Source: an uncultured Candidatus Rokubacteria bacterium (lineage in GTDB: Bacteria; Methylomirabilota; Methylomirabilia; Rokubacteriales; CSP1-6). From it: a stretch of DNA of 64,000 nt. The stretch spans positions 384,001-448,000 of the forward strand of contig CAVXJS010000011.1 in the NCBI GenBank assembly GCA_963762145.1, read 5' to 3'. Below the pieces are notes generated by a model. That model had not been told where the DNA came from. It worked only from the letters and a program-made list of their open reading frames with translations, and made no database searches. The position numbers were made by a program, and so were the translations under genes. Shown here one piece after another: positions 1 to 9,630 of the stretch (positions are counted from its first letter, which is position 1; each line of letters opens with the position of its first letter).

Positions 1-1366
1 AGCCCTCGCGCAGGGCGACCCGGGTGAGGCCGCCGGGCAGGACCCGGATGCGATCGCCGTAGAGGATGAACGGCCGCAGGTCCACCCGGCGCGGCGCGAA
101 CTTGCCCTCGATGTGGGTGGGATGCGTGGAGAGCTGGACGAGCGGCTGGGCGATGTAGTTGCCCGGGTTCTTCTTCATCGCGGCCAGGTAGGTCTCGCGC
201 TCCCTGGCGGCCGCGAACGGGCCCATGAGCATGCCGTAGCCGCCCGCGTCCCCGGTGGTCTTCACCACCAGCTCGTCGAGGTGCTCGCCGATGTACTTGA
301 AGTCGTCCTTGCGGAACCCGAGGTAGGTCGGCACCTGGGGCAGGAGCGCGTCCTCGCCCAGGTAGTACTTGATGAGGTGCGGCATGAACGCGTAGACCGA
401 CTTGTCGTCGGCGACCCCCGCGCCGGGCGCGTTGGCGAGCGCCACGTTGCCCTCGCGGTAGACGTTGAGCAGCCCGGGCACGCCCAGCATGCTGTCGCGC
501 CGGAAGGCGAGGGGATCGAGGAAATCGTCGTCGATCCTCCGGTAGATCACGTCCACCTGGCGCTTGCCGTGCGTGCGCCGCATGAAGAGGTGGTTGCCCT
601 CCACCAGCAGGTCGCGCCCCTCCACCAGCGGCACCCCCATCTCGCGCGCGAGGAACGAGTGCTCGAAGTAGGCCGAGTTGTGGATGCCCGGGCTCAGGAC
701 CACCACCACCGGGTTCTGGCCGCGCCGCGGGGCCACGAACCGCAGCGTCTCGAGCAGCAGGGTCGGGTAGTCCTTGATCGGGCGCACCGGGTAGGAGCCG
801 AGGAACTCGGGGAAGACGCGGCTCAGGAGGTTGCGGTTCTCCAGCACGTAGGAGACGCCGCTCGGCACGCGGCAGTTGTCCTCCAGGACGAGGTACTCCC
901 CCTTGTCGTCGCGGATGATGTCGGTCCCGACCACGTGGGTGAAGATCTTCCGGGCCGGGACCACGCCCAAAAGCTGCCGCTTGTACTCCTTGCGCGACAG
1001 GATGAGCTCCGCGGGCACGATGCCGTCCTTGATGCACTTCTGGTCCTGGTAGATGTCGGCGAGAAAGAGGTTGAGCGTGGTGATGCGCTGGACGAGGCCG
1101 TCCTGGATGCTCTTCCACTCGGCGGCGGGGATGATGCGGGGGACGAAGTCGAAGGGGAAGATGCGCTCGAGCCCCTCCTTCTCCCCGTAGACCGTGAAGG
1201 TGATGCCCTGGCTTCGCAGGGTGAGCTGCTGCAGCCGCTCGCGGCGCTCCACGTCCTCCTTGGTGAAGGTCTCGAGGATGGAGATCAGGGCCTCGTAGTG
1301 GGCGCGGGGCTGGCCGTGGTGATCGAAGACCTCGTCGAAGCCGCTCCGGGGCGCGACCCACTTCAT
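1..1366 (-). CDS. Circularly permuted type 2 ATP-grasp protein (3' end runs off window)
   Basis: Manual minus-strand translation from ATG 1366: MKWVAPRSGFDEVFD...QGITFTVYGEKEGLERIFPFDFVPR...VLEDNCRVPSGVSY; GAGGAGG RBS upstream. Absent from the ORF track because it is open at the edge. Confidence 0.85.
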   Translation of the reverse strand, partial: MKWVAPRSGFDEVFDHHGQPRAHYEALISILETFTKEDVERRERLQQLTLRSQGITFTVYGEKEGLERIFPFDFVPRIIPAAEWKSIQDGLVQRITTLNLFLADIYQDQKCIKDGIVPAELILSRKEYKRQLLGVVPARKIFTHVVGTDIIRDDKGEYLVLEDNCRVPSGVSYVLENRNLLSRVFPEFLGSYPVRPIKDYPTLLLETLRFVAPRRGQNPVVVVLSPGIHNSAYFEHSFLAREMGVPLVEGRDLLVEGNHLFMRRTHGKRQVDVIYRRIDDDFLDPLAFRRDSMLGVPGLLNVYREGNVALANAPGAGVADDKSVYAFMPHLIKYYLGEDALLPQVPTYLGFRKDDFKYIGEHLDELVVKTTGDAGGYGMLMGPFAAARERETYLAAMKKNPGNYIAQPLVQLSTHPTHIEGKFAPRRVDLRPFILYGDRIRVLPGGLTRVALREG

Positions 1367-1458
1367 GGACGCGTCGCCTCCTCTGAGCCCAGAGCCTCTC
1401 CCGCGCGCCGGCCGGGTGTCAAGGCGGCGCGGGCCCGCGTGGTAGACTGGCCGCCGTC

Positions 1459-2010
1459 ATGTCGGCCGACGCGGCCCATCCGCCGCACACCCACCTCACG
1501 CCGGAGACGATCCGCTTCTGCCCGCTCTGCGGCGCGGGCCTCGTTCGCCAGCCGGTCGGGCCCGACAAGCGGCCCGAGATGGTCTGCCCCGGCTGCAACT
1601 TCATCTACTACGTGAACCAGAAGGTCGTCGCGGGCACCATTCCCTGGCAGGACGGCCGCCTCCTGCTCACCCGCCGGGCGATCACGCCCGCCCTCGGCAA
1701 GTGGACGTTCCCGGGCGGCTACGTGGACTGGGGCGAGACGGTGGACGCGGGCGCGCTCCGCGAGACGTGGGAGGAGACCGGGCTCACCGTCGAGCTGGGC
1801 GAGCTGGTCGGGGTGTATTCCTACGCGGGAGCCCCGGTGGTGATCGTGGTGTACGAGGCGGTCGTGACCGGGGGCACCCTGACGCTCTGCCACGAGAACG
1901 ATCGCCTCGAGTGGGTGACACCCGCGGAGGTGCCGTGGGACGAGCTGGCCTTCCCGTCCACGGTGGCGGCGGTGCGGGACTTCCTGGCGCGCCGGACCGC
2001 CCGCGGCTGA
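1459..2010 (+). CDS. Nudix hydrolase with N-terminal zinc ribbon
   Basis: CPLCG...CPGC ribbon; Nudix box GGYVDWGETVDAGALRETWEETG. Confidence 0.9.
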   Translation: MSADAAHPPHTHLTPETIRFCPLCGAGLVRQPVGPDKRPEMVCPGCNFIYYVNQKVVAGTIPWQDGRLLLTRRAITPALGKWTFPGGYVDWGETVDAGALRETWEETGLTVELGELVGVYSYAGAPVVIVVYEAVVTGGTLTLCHENDRLEWVTPAEVPWDELAFPSTVAAVRDFLARRTARG

Positions 2011-2165
2011 CCGGATCCGGCTCAAGACAACGCGCTACCCACGTGACCTCGGTGTCACGGTCGCTCGTCCGCGGACCGCCAGCTCGCCCTTCTGATTCTC
2101 GGGCTGATTCTCGGGTCTCACGCGTAGCGCCATTGGATTGCGCTCGCCTCGCCGCTCGACGCGGC

Positions 2166-2564
2166 TCAGCTCGCCCTGCCCTTGGCGGCGGCGCGCTCGA
2201 GGAAGCGGGCGAGGTCGGCCACCATGAACCGCTCGTGCCGTCCCTCCGCGATCTTCTCCACCTCGTCCCACGCCTCGACCTCGAAGAGGAAGCGCCGGCC
2301 GTCGGTCTCCCGCAGCACCGCCTTGGCGCGCACGCGCATGCCCGGCGGCGTGGCGGCCAGGTGACGCACGTCCACCCCGGTGCCCACGGTGGCCGCGCCG
2401 GGCGCCAGGTGCGGGACCATCACCGCGTGAGCCGCGTGCTCGAGCAGGTTGATCACGAACGGGGTGGCGAAGACGGTGACGCCGGGATTCCCGAGGGCGT
2501 CGGCGGTGAGCTGGCGCGTGACGACGCGCTCGACGGTGGCGGCCTGCCCGGGCTCGAGCGGCAT
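2166..2564 (-). CDS. FlK-like hotdog-fold thioesterase
   Basis: VFATP...LLEHAA, TVGTGVDVRHLAATPPG, AEGRHERF motifs. Confidence 0.85.
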   Translation of the reverse strand: MPLEPGQAATVERVVTRQLTADALGNPGVTVFATPFVINLLEHAAHAVMVPHLAPGAATVGTGVDVRHLAATPPGMRVRAKAVLRETDGRRFLFEVEAWDEVEKIAEGRHERFMVADLARFLERAAAKGRAS

Positions 2565-2626
2565 GGGTGTTCTTCTACCCCGATTGCCGCGCCAGGTCAA
2601 CGGGCCGGGGCACGTATACTTGCCCG

Positions 2627-3805
2627 GTGCCCGTCCTCCTGGCCGCCCTCGGCGCGCTGCTCGTCTCGCTCGACTCCGCGATCAACATCGCGCTTCCCGC
2701 GATGGCCACCGCCTTCGGGGTCGGCCCGGCGGAGATCCGCTGGGTCATCATCTGCTACGTCCTCACCTACGCCTTCACCGCGTTCGCGGCGGGCCTCCTC
2801 GCGGATCGTCTCGGCCCCGGGCCGGTCTTCACGGCCGGGCTCTGGCTCTGCGCGGCCACCTTCATCGGCTACGGATTCTCCTCCTCCTACGGCGTGACGC
2901 TGCTCCTGCGCGTGGCGCAGGGTGTGGGCAGCGGGATGGTCTACGGGACCGCGCCCGCGCTGGTGACGCTGTCGCTCCCGCCCGCGCGGCACGGCCGCGG
3001 GCTCGGCACGATGAGCCTGGGCATCGGGGTCGGCCTCGGTGTGGGCCCGGTGGTCGGCGGTTTGCTCGTGGACGCCTTCGGCTGGCCCGCATCCTTCGTG
3101 TTCCGCGCGCCGCTGTTCCTGCTCCTGGCGGTGCTCGCCCTCACCTCCTTCGGCCGGGTCGCCGGCACCGCGCCCACGCCGCGCCGGCTCGCGATGGCCG
3201 ATCTGCTGCGCCTGCCCGTGCTCCGCGCCGGCACGCTCGCGTTCCTCTCGCAGTACGCGCAGTTCGCGGTCTGGCTGCTCATGCCCTTCTTCCTGGTGAC
3301 CGCGCGCGGCCTCTCGCCCAGCGTGGGCGGGGTCGTCTTCGTGCTCACGCCGCTCGCCACCGCGCTCGCGGCGCCGCTCGGCGGGGCGCTCACCGATCGC
3401 ATCGGTCCGCGGTGGCCGCTGCGCATCGGGCTGGCGGTCGAGGCGGCGGGGCTGCTCGCGATCGGCACGGTCGGTGAGGCGACGCCGATCGCGCTCGTGG
3501 GCGCCGCGATGGCCATGGTGGGCCTCGGGGCCGGCCTCTTCCAGGTGCCCAACCTGGCCCTCATGATGGCGGCGTTCCCGCCCGCGCAGCAGGGCGCAGC
3601 GGGCGGGCTCGCATTCCTCGGGCGCACGCTGGGCAGCGCGGTGGGCGTGCAGATGACCGCGCTGCTCTTCGACGCGCGACTGCCGCGCGACGGCTTCCTC
3701 GCCGCCTTCCACGCCGCCTTCGTGGCCGCCGGTCTCGTCTGCCTGCTCGCGGCGGCTCTGGCGCTGCTCCCGACGCGGTCGTCCGCCCCCCGCGGCGGCC
3801 GGTGA
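2627..3805 (+). CDS. MFS transporter (drug:H+ antiporter-like)
   Basis: Many TM helices; GLLADRLGP motif A; start placed at GTG 2627, 6 nt after TATACT. Confidence 0.85.
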   Translation: MPVLLAALGALLVSLDSAINIALPAMATAFGVGPAEIRWVIICYVLTYAFTAFAAGLLADRLGPGPVFTAGLWLCAATFIGYGFSSSYGVTLLLRVAQGVGSGMVYGTAPALVTLSLPPARHGRGLGTMSLGIGVGLGVGPVVGGLLVDAFGWPASFVFRAPLFLLLAVLALTSFGRVAGTAPTPRRLAMADLLRLPVLRAGTLAFLSQYAQFAVWLLMPFFLVTARGLSPSVGGVVFVLTPLATALAAPLGGALTDRIGPRWPLRIGLAVEAAGLLAIGTVGEATPIALVGAAMAMVGLGAGLFQVPNLALMMAAFPPAQQGAAGGLAFLGRTLGSAVGVQMTALLFDARLPRDGFLAAFHAAFVAAGLVCLLAAALALLPTRSSAPRGGR

Positions 3806-5015
3806 GCGAGCCCGGCTCGCCGTACCGCTGGGCGATCCTCGCGGTCTGCGTCGCGGGTTTCATGCAGACCCACGTGCACCGCGTGGGCTTCGCTCCGCTC
3901 ATCCCGACCTTCATCGCGGACATGGGCCTCACCTACGCGGCGGCCGGGACGATCATGGCCGCGTACTTCTGGAGCTACGCGGTGATGCAGATCCCGGTGG
4001 GCGTGCTCACCGATCGGCTCGGAGCGCGCCGGGTGATGCTCGGCTGCATGGGGGTGCTGGCGGTGGGCGCGGTGGCCTTCTCGCTGAGCCAGACCTACGC
4101 GCAGAGCCTCATTGCGCGCTGCCTGCTCGGCACGGGCGCGGCGGCCACGTGGCTGCCGGGTCTGCGGCTGATCCAGGAGTGGTTCGCGCCGCGCGAGCGC
4201 GGGCTCGCCACCGGGCTCTTCTCGGCGGGCGGCGGCGTGGGCGGCACCGCCGCGCTGCTGCTCCTGCCGGTCATGGCGGAGCATCTCGGCTGGCGGGTGG
4301 GCTACGCGCTGCTCGCGGTGCCGGTGCTGGCCACGATGGTCGCGGTCTGGCTCCTGGTGCGGGCCGAGCCTCGCGCGCGCGACGGGGGGCGGTGGCGGGC
4401 CTGCCCACCCAGTTCCTCGCCGGCATGCGGGAGGTGCTCGCGACGCCCGCGCTCTGGCCCTTCAACCTCTATGTGCTCTTCTCCTACGGCGGTTACTTCG
4501 CGCTCCTCACCTGGCTGCCCACCTTCCTCGTGAAGTCGGAAGGGCTGACGCAGGCGGGCGCGGGCTTCGTGACCGCGCTCATCACCGGCGGCACCATCGT
4601 GTCGTGGCCGCTGGCCGGGTACCTCTCGGATCGCTTCGGGCGCCGCAAGCCGATCTTCCTGGTGAGCCAGGCCACGAGCGTGCTGGTGTGCCTGGCCTTC
4701 GCCTATCTGGTGCCGGGCGCCGGGCTCGCGGGCACCGCGGCGGTCGCCGCGCTCACCGGGCTCCTGCTCGGAGGGTTGATCACTCCGTTCGTGATGGTGA
4801 CCGAGCTGGTGCCCCCGCGGCTGATGGGGACCGCGTCCGGCGTGGTCAACGCGTTCTGCTTCGTGGGCGGGTTGCTGGTGCCGGTGGCGCTCGGCTACGC
4901 CCTCGACGTGACCGGGAGCTTTCCCGCCGCCTTCACGGCCTGCGCGGTCTTCGAGCTGGTCGCCCTCGGCATCGCGGTGTTTGCGCGGGAAACCGGACGC
5001 CGGGCCGCGGTATGA
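3802..5015 (+). CDS. MFS transporter (one frameshift near 4400)
   Basis: N-half in ORF 3802..4533 (GVLTDRLGARR) and C-half in ORF 4149..5015 (GYLSDRFGRRK). Confidence 0.8.
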
Positions 5016-5023
5016 TGGCGGCC

Positions 5024-6616
5024 ATGGAGATCCTCGACCCGGTCGGCTCGACGTCCGCGGCATCCCGGACGCTGGCTCCACGGCCCGCGACGCTGGCGGG
5101 CGCGGTCATCGGCGTGCTCGACAACTCGAAGCCCAATGCCCGCGTCCTGCTGGAAGGCGTGGCCCGCGCGCTCGCGCAGCAGGTCGGGGCCCGTGATGTG
5201 CGGATCTGGGGCAAGCCCGGCGCCTCCATCGGCGCCACGCCCGCCGTCCTGGACGAGATCGCCGCGCAGTGCGGCGCCGTCCTCACCGCCTCCGCCGACT
5301 GAGGGTCGTGCACGTCGTGGAGTATCCACGACGCCACGCAGCTCGAAGGGCGGGGGATCGCCACCGTCGTCCTGGGCACGCATGAGTTCCGCCCCCTCGC
5401 GCTCGCCGAGGCGAAGGCCAAGGGGCTCCCCGACCTGGGAATCGTCACGGTGCCGCATCCCATCGGCGGCATCGCCGAGAAGCTCGTCACCGGCAAGGCC
5501 CTGAACGCGGTGGACGCGGTGCTGGCCGCGCTCACGCGCGGCCCCGCGGGCGGGGTCGGCGCGGGCGCGGTCGAGGGCACGGTCGCGCGGCACCGGATCC
5601 CCGACGACCTGCTCGAGTTCCAGGGCTTCATGATGGAGCGGGGCTGGGGGGACGGCCTGCCCATGATCCCGGCCACGCCCGAGCGCGTCGCGGCCATGCT
5701 CGCGGGCACCGGCCGGCCCGCGGGCGATCTGGTGGCGATCCTGCCGCCGCGGCTCGGCCGGGCGACGGTGGAGCGCGTCGCGGTCAACGCGGTGCTGGCC
5801 GGCGCGCTGCCCGAGCATTTCCCGGTCATCCTCGCCGCGGTCGAGGCGGTGGCGCAGCCCGCGTTCAACCTCCAGGCGATCCAGACCACCACCCATCCCT
5901 GCTCGCCGCTGATCATCGTCAACGGGCCGATCGCGGCCCGGCTCGGCATCAACGGCGCGGGCAACGCGCTCGGGCAGGGCCATCGCGCCAACGCGGTGAT
6001 CGGGCGGGCGCTGCGGCTCGTGCTGCAGAACACGGGCGGGGCGCGGCCGGGGAGCGAGGACCGGGCCACCCAGGGCCATCCCGGCAAGTACAGCTACTGC
6101 GTCGCCGAGAACGAGGCCGCCTCGCCGTGGGAGCCGCTCTCGGTCGAGCGCGGATTTCCCGCGACGGTGAGCACGGTGACGGTGTGCGCCTCCGAGAGCC
6201 CGCACAACATCAACGACCACGGCTCGTCCACCCCGGAGGGCATTCTCACCACGGTGGCGGGCACCGCCGCGACGGTGGGCTCCAACAATATCTACCTGGG
6301 CGGCGAGCCGCTGGTGATCCTGGGGCCGGAGCACGCGGCCACCGTGGCGGGCGGAGGCTGGAGCAAGGCGGACTTCAAGCGCGCGCTCTGGGAGCGGGCG
6401 CAGGTCCCGCTCTCGCGCTTCGATCCGGCCAACCTGGCCCGCTTCGAGGTGATCCACCCGGCCGGGTTCAAGGACCAACCGCCGGAGACGCTGGCCCCGC
6501 TCGCGCGGGCGTGGACCGACCTCATGATCGTGGTGGCGGGCGGGGCCGGGAAGCACTCCGTGCTGATCCCCACCTTCGGAGCCACGCGCTCCGTCACGCT
6601 GCGGATCGAGGCCTGA
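5024..6616 (+). CDS. UGSC-motif selenoprotein fused to an uncharacterised ~345-aa domain (Sec at TGA 5300-5302)
   Basis: ORF ending LTASAD* continues in frame as GSCTSWSIHDA...PHPIGG into ORF 5450..6616; UxxC motif; hairpin after the UGA. Alternative starts at 5012 and 5015. Confidence 0.85.
5313..5333 (+). promoter_or_regulatory. Putative bacterial SECIS hairpin
   Basis: CGTCGTGGA-GTA-TCCACGACG, perfect 9-bp stem; loop G at +20 from the UGA. Confidence 0.7.
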
Positions 6617-6619
6617 GGG

Positions 6620-8248
6620 CTAGCGCGCGGGCGCGTAGAGGCGGGCGAAGTACTCCTGCACCATGCGGTCCGAGCTGAAGCGCTCGGTCGCCATCCGGAT
6701 CGAGGCGCGCATCATCGTGGTCCAGCGCGCGGGATCCGCGAACGCGGGCAGGACCTCTCCCTCGAGCGTCTCGTAGAGCGCGCGCAGGTCGCGCGCGTCC
6801 GGGTCGGGCGGGGTCGACTCGTCGCCGATCGCCCAGCCGGTGACGCCGTGCTCGCAGCCTTCCGGCCACCAGCCGTCCAGCACCGAGAGGTTCAGCGTGC
6901 CGTTCATCGCCGCCTTCATCCCGGAGGTGCCGCTCGCCTCCATCGGACGGCGGGGCGTGTTCAGCCACACGTCGGCGCCGCGGGTGAGCACGCGGCCCAG
7001 GGCCATGTCGTAGTCCTCGAGGAACGCCATGCTCTCGGGCCACTGCCGCAGCGCCGCCACCAGCCGCGCGATCACCGCCTTGCCCTCGTGATCCGCGGGG
7101 TGCGCCTTGCCCGCGAAGAGCACCTGGACGCGATGGCGCTTGACCAGCGCCGCGAAGCGCTCCGGGTCGCGCAGGAGCAGGTCGGGCCGCTTGTAGGTGG
7201 CCGCGCGGCGCGCGAAGCCGATGGTCGGCGCGGCCGGGTCGAGCCGCACGCCGGTGCGCCTGCGGACCTCCGCGAGCATCTCGGTCTTGAGGGCGCGCTT
7301 GGCCGCCAGCAGCCGCTCGTCGCTGCCCAGCCCGGCGGGGATGCGGGCGTCCTGCCAGGTTCCGGGGTGGACCCCGTTGGTGATCGCGATGATGGGCGCC
7401 GCCTCCTTCACGTGCGCCCACATGGCGCGCGCGGTCTCCCCGTGCAGCTGCGCCACCGCGTTGGCCAGGTGGGCCAGGCGCAGGCCGGCCACCGTCATGT
7501 TGAACGGGTCGCCGCCGATCTCGGCCAGCTCGCTCGGCACCAGCTCGCAGCCGGCTCCGAGGCGCCGCAGGTCCGCGAGCGAGTGCACCTCGTTGCCCGC
7601 GGGGACCGGGGTGTGGGTGGTGAAGACGATGCGCTCCCGCGCGGCCAGCCACGCGTCCCGGAAGGTCTGCCCGGCTTCCATGCGGTCGGCGATCATCTCG
7701 ATGCCCGCGAAGACGGCGTGGCCCTCGTTGAAGTGGTAGCGCTCGACCGGCAGGTGGAGCGCGCGCAGCGCCCGCACCCCGCCGATCCCGAGCAGCATCT
7801 CCTGCGCCACGCGACAGTCTGGCCGCGGGTCGTAGAGTCGCCGGGTGATCCACAGGTCGCGCGGATCGGTGGGCTCGAGCAGGTAGAGAGGCGCGATCGC
7901 GTAGCGGCCCACGCGCCAGACGCGGCACTCGACCTCGCGCGCCGCAACGCGCACGCGCACCCGCGCGCCGGTGTCGGTGAGGACGTCGGGCTTCTGATCG
8001 GTCCACTCGTCGTGGGGATAGCCGTCGGCGCCGATGTGCTGGGAGGTGTAGCCCTGGCTCCAGCGGAGTCCGATGCCGACGACGGGCAGGCCGAGGTCGC
8101 CCGCCGACTTCATGAAGTCGCCCGCGAGCACGCCGAGGCCGCCCGCGTAGGAGTGGAAGGCCTCGTGCAGGCCGTACTCCATCGAGAAGTAGGCGACCAG
8201 CGGAGGGCGGGCCGGGGCGTTCAACGAGGCGGTCACGTCTTCGAGCAT
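6620..8248 (-). CDS. glgP: Alpha-glucan (glycogen/maltodextrin) phosphorylase
   Basis: AYFSMEYG, YAGGLGVLAGD, ARRAATYKR, EASGTSGMKA (PLP Lys). The true start may be GTG 8236. Confidence 0.9.
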   Translation of the reverse strand: MLEDVTASLNAPARPPLVAYFSMEYGLHEAFHSYAGGLGVLAGDFMKSAGDLGLPVVGIGLRWSQGYTSQHIGADGYPHDEWTDQKPDVLTDTGARVRVRVAAREVECRVWRVGRYAIAPLYLLEPTDPRDLWITRRLYDPRPDCRVAQEMLLGIGGVRALRALHLPVERYHFNEGHAVFAGIEMIADRMEAGQTFRDAWLAARERIVFTTHTPVPAGNEVHSLADLRRLGAGCELVPSELAEIGGDPFNMTVAGLRLAHLANAVAQLHGETARAMWAHVKEAAPIIAITNGVHPGTWQDARIPAGLGSDERLLAAKRALKTEMLAEVRRRTGVRLDPAAPTIGFARRAATYKRPDLLLRDPERFAALVKRHRVQVLFAGKAHPADHEGKAVIARLVAALRQWPESMAFLEDYDMALGRVLTRGADVWLNTPRRPMEASGTSGMKAAMNGTLNLSVLDGWWPEGCEHGVTGWAIGDESTPPDPDARDLRALYETLEGEVLPAFADPARWTTMMRASIRMATERFSSDRMVQEYFARLYAPAR

Positions 8249-8273
8249 ACAACGGGGCGGGCCGGAGGCGGGC

Positions 8274-9539
8274 TCAGGGGCGGGGCTTCCAGGGGTGGGT
8301 GATGAGGCGGGCGCCTCGCTGCCAGGTCAGGTAGGCCCAGGCCCACTCGAAGAGGACGAGGAACCGATTGCGGAAGCCGATGAGGAACAGGATGTGCACG
8401 AAGACCCAGGCGAGCCACGCGGGCAGGCCGTGGATCTGGAGACGGCCGACCACCGCCACCGCGGCCGCGCGGCCGATGGTGGCCATGGTCCCGCGATCCC
8501 GGTAGCGGAACGGCCGGGTCGGCAGGCCGGCCAGGAGCCGGCGCACGTTCGCCGCGACGGCCTGCCCTTGCTGGATCGCCACCGGCGCCAGGCCCGGGAG
8601 CGGCTGCCCGTCGGGTCCCGGACAGCTCGACATGTCGCCGATCGCGAACACCATCGCGTGGCCGGGGATGGAGAGATCCGGCTCCACGAGCACCCGGCCC
8701 GCACGATCGAGCGGCGTCCCGAGCGCGCGGGCGAGGGGGGAGGCGGCCACGCCCGCCGCCCACAGCACGGTGCGGGCGCGGATCTGCTCGCCGCCGAGCC
8801 AGACCGCGTCGTGGGTCACCCGCGTGACCGGCGTCCCGGTGCGAATCTCCACGCCGAGACGGGCGAGGGCGGCGGCCGCGTGGCCGGACAGCGGATCGGG
8901 AAAGCTCGCGAGCAGGCGCGGACCGGCCTCGACGAGGACGATCCGCGCCTTCGTGGGATCGATGACCCGGAAGTCCCGCGCGATCGTCTCGCGCGAGATC
9001 TCCGCCAGCGCGCCCGCGAGCTCGACGCCGGTCGGTCCGCCGCCGATGACGACGTAGGTCAGGAGCGCCCGCTGCTCGGCCCCGTCCCGCTCGCGCTCCG
9101 CCTCCTCGTAGGCCAGGAGCACGCGTCGCCGGATCTCGAGCGCGTCCTCCAGGCTCTTGAGGCTCGGGGCCAGCTCCTCCCAGTCGCCGTGGCCGAAGTA
9201 CGAGTTGCCCGCGCCCGCGGCCAGCACCAGCGCGTCGTAGGTCAGCTCGCCGTCGTCCAGGATCACGCGACGGCCGGCCACGTCCACCGACCGGACCTCG
9301 GCGAGCAGGACGGTGACGTTGGCGGCGCGCCTCAGGACGGAGCGGAGCGGGGTCGCGATGTTCGACGGATTGAGGGCGGCGGTGGCGACCTGGTAGAGCA
9401 GGGGCTGGAAGAGGTGGTGGTTGCGCCGGTCGAGCAGCGTGACACGCGCCCAGCTTCCGGTGAGCGCGCGGGCGGCGGAGAGCCCGCCGAATCCGCCGCC
9501 GACGATGACCACGTGCGGTCGCTGCGCTCCCGTGCTCAC
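8274..9539 (-). CDS. ndh: Type II NADH dehydrogenase
   Basis: GGGFGG, FQPLLYQVAT, GGGPTGVELAG and AIQQG motifs. Confidence 0.88.
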   Translation of the reverse strand: MSTGAQRPHVVIVGGGFGGLSAARALTGSWARVTLLDRRNHHLFQPLLYQVATAALNPSNIATPLRSVLRRAANVTVLLAEVRSVDVAGRRVILDDGELTYDALVLAAGAGNSYFGHGDWEELAPSLKSLEDALEIRRRVLLAYEEAERERDGAEQRALLTYVVIGGGPTGVELAGALAEISRETIARDFRVIDPTKARIVLVEAGPRLLASFPDPLSGHAAAALARLGVEIRTGTPVTRVTHDAVWLGGEQIRARTVLWAAGVAASPLARALGTPLDRAGRVLVEPDLSIPGHAMVFAIGDMSSCPGPDGQPLPGLAPVAIQQGQAVAANVRRLLAGLPTRPFRYRDRGTMATIGRAAAVAVVGRLQIHGLPAWLAWVFVHILFLIGFRNRFLVLFEWAWAYLTWQRGARLITHPWKPRP

Positions 9540-9577
9540 CCGGCCATCTTCCGAGCGCGCCCGGGGGGTGTCAACCC

Positions 9578-9606
9578 TTGACAGGACGCGGGGTTGGACA
9601 TAGGGT
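9578..9606 (+). promoter_or_regulatory. Sigma70-like promoter of the second UGSC locus
   Basis: TTGACA-17 nt-TAGGGT; AGGAGG RBS before ATG 9631. Confidence 0.55.
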
Positions 9607-9630
9607 GACCCCGGACAGGAGGATCTGGGC

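Noticed and set aside
113-1615. Long antisense or alternate-frame ORFs (e.g. 113..1615+, 19454..21445+, 30344..32668+)
   Set aside because: Shadow ORFs typical of high-GC DNA opposite recognisable genes; no motifs.
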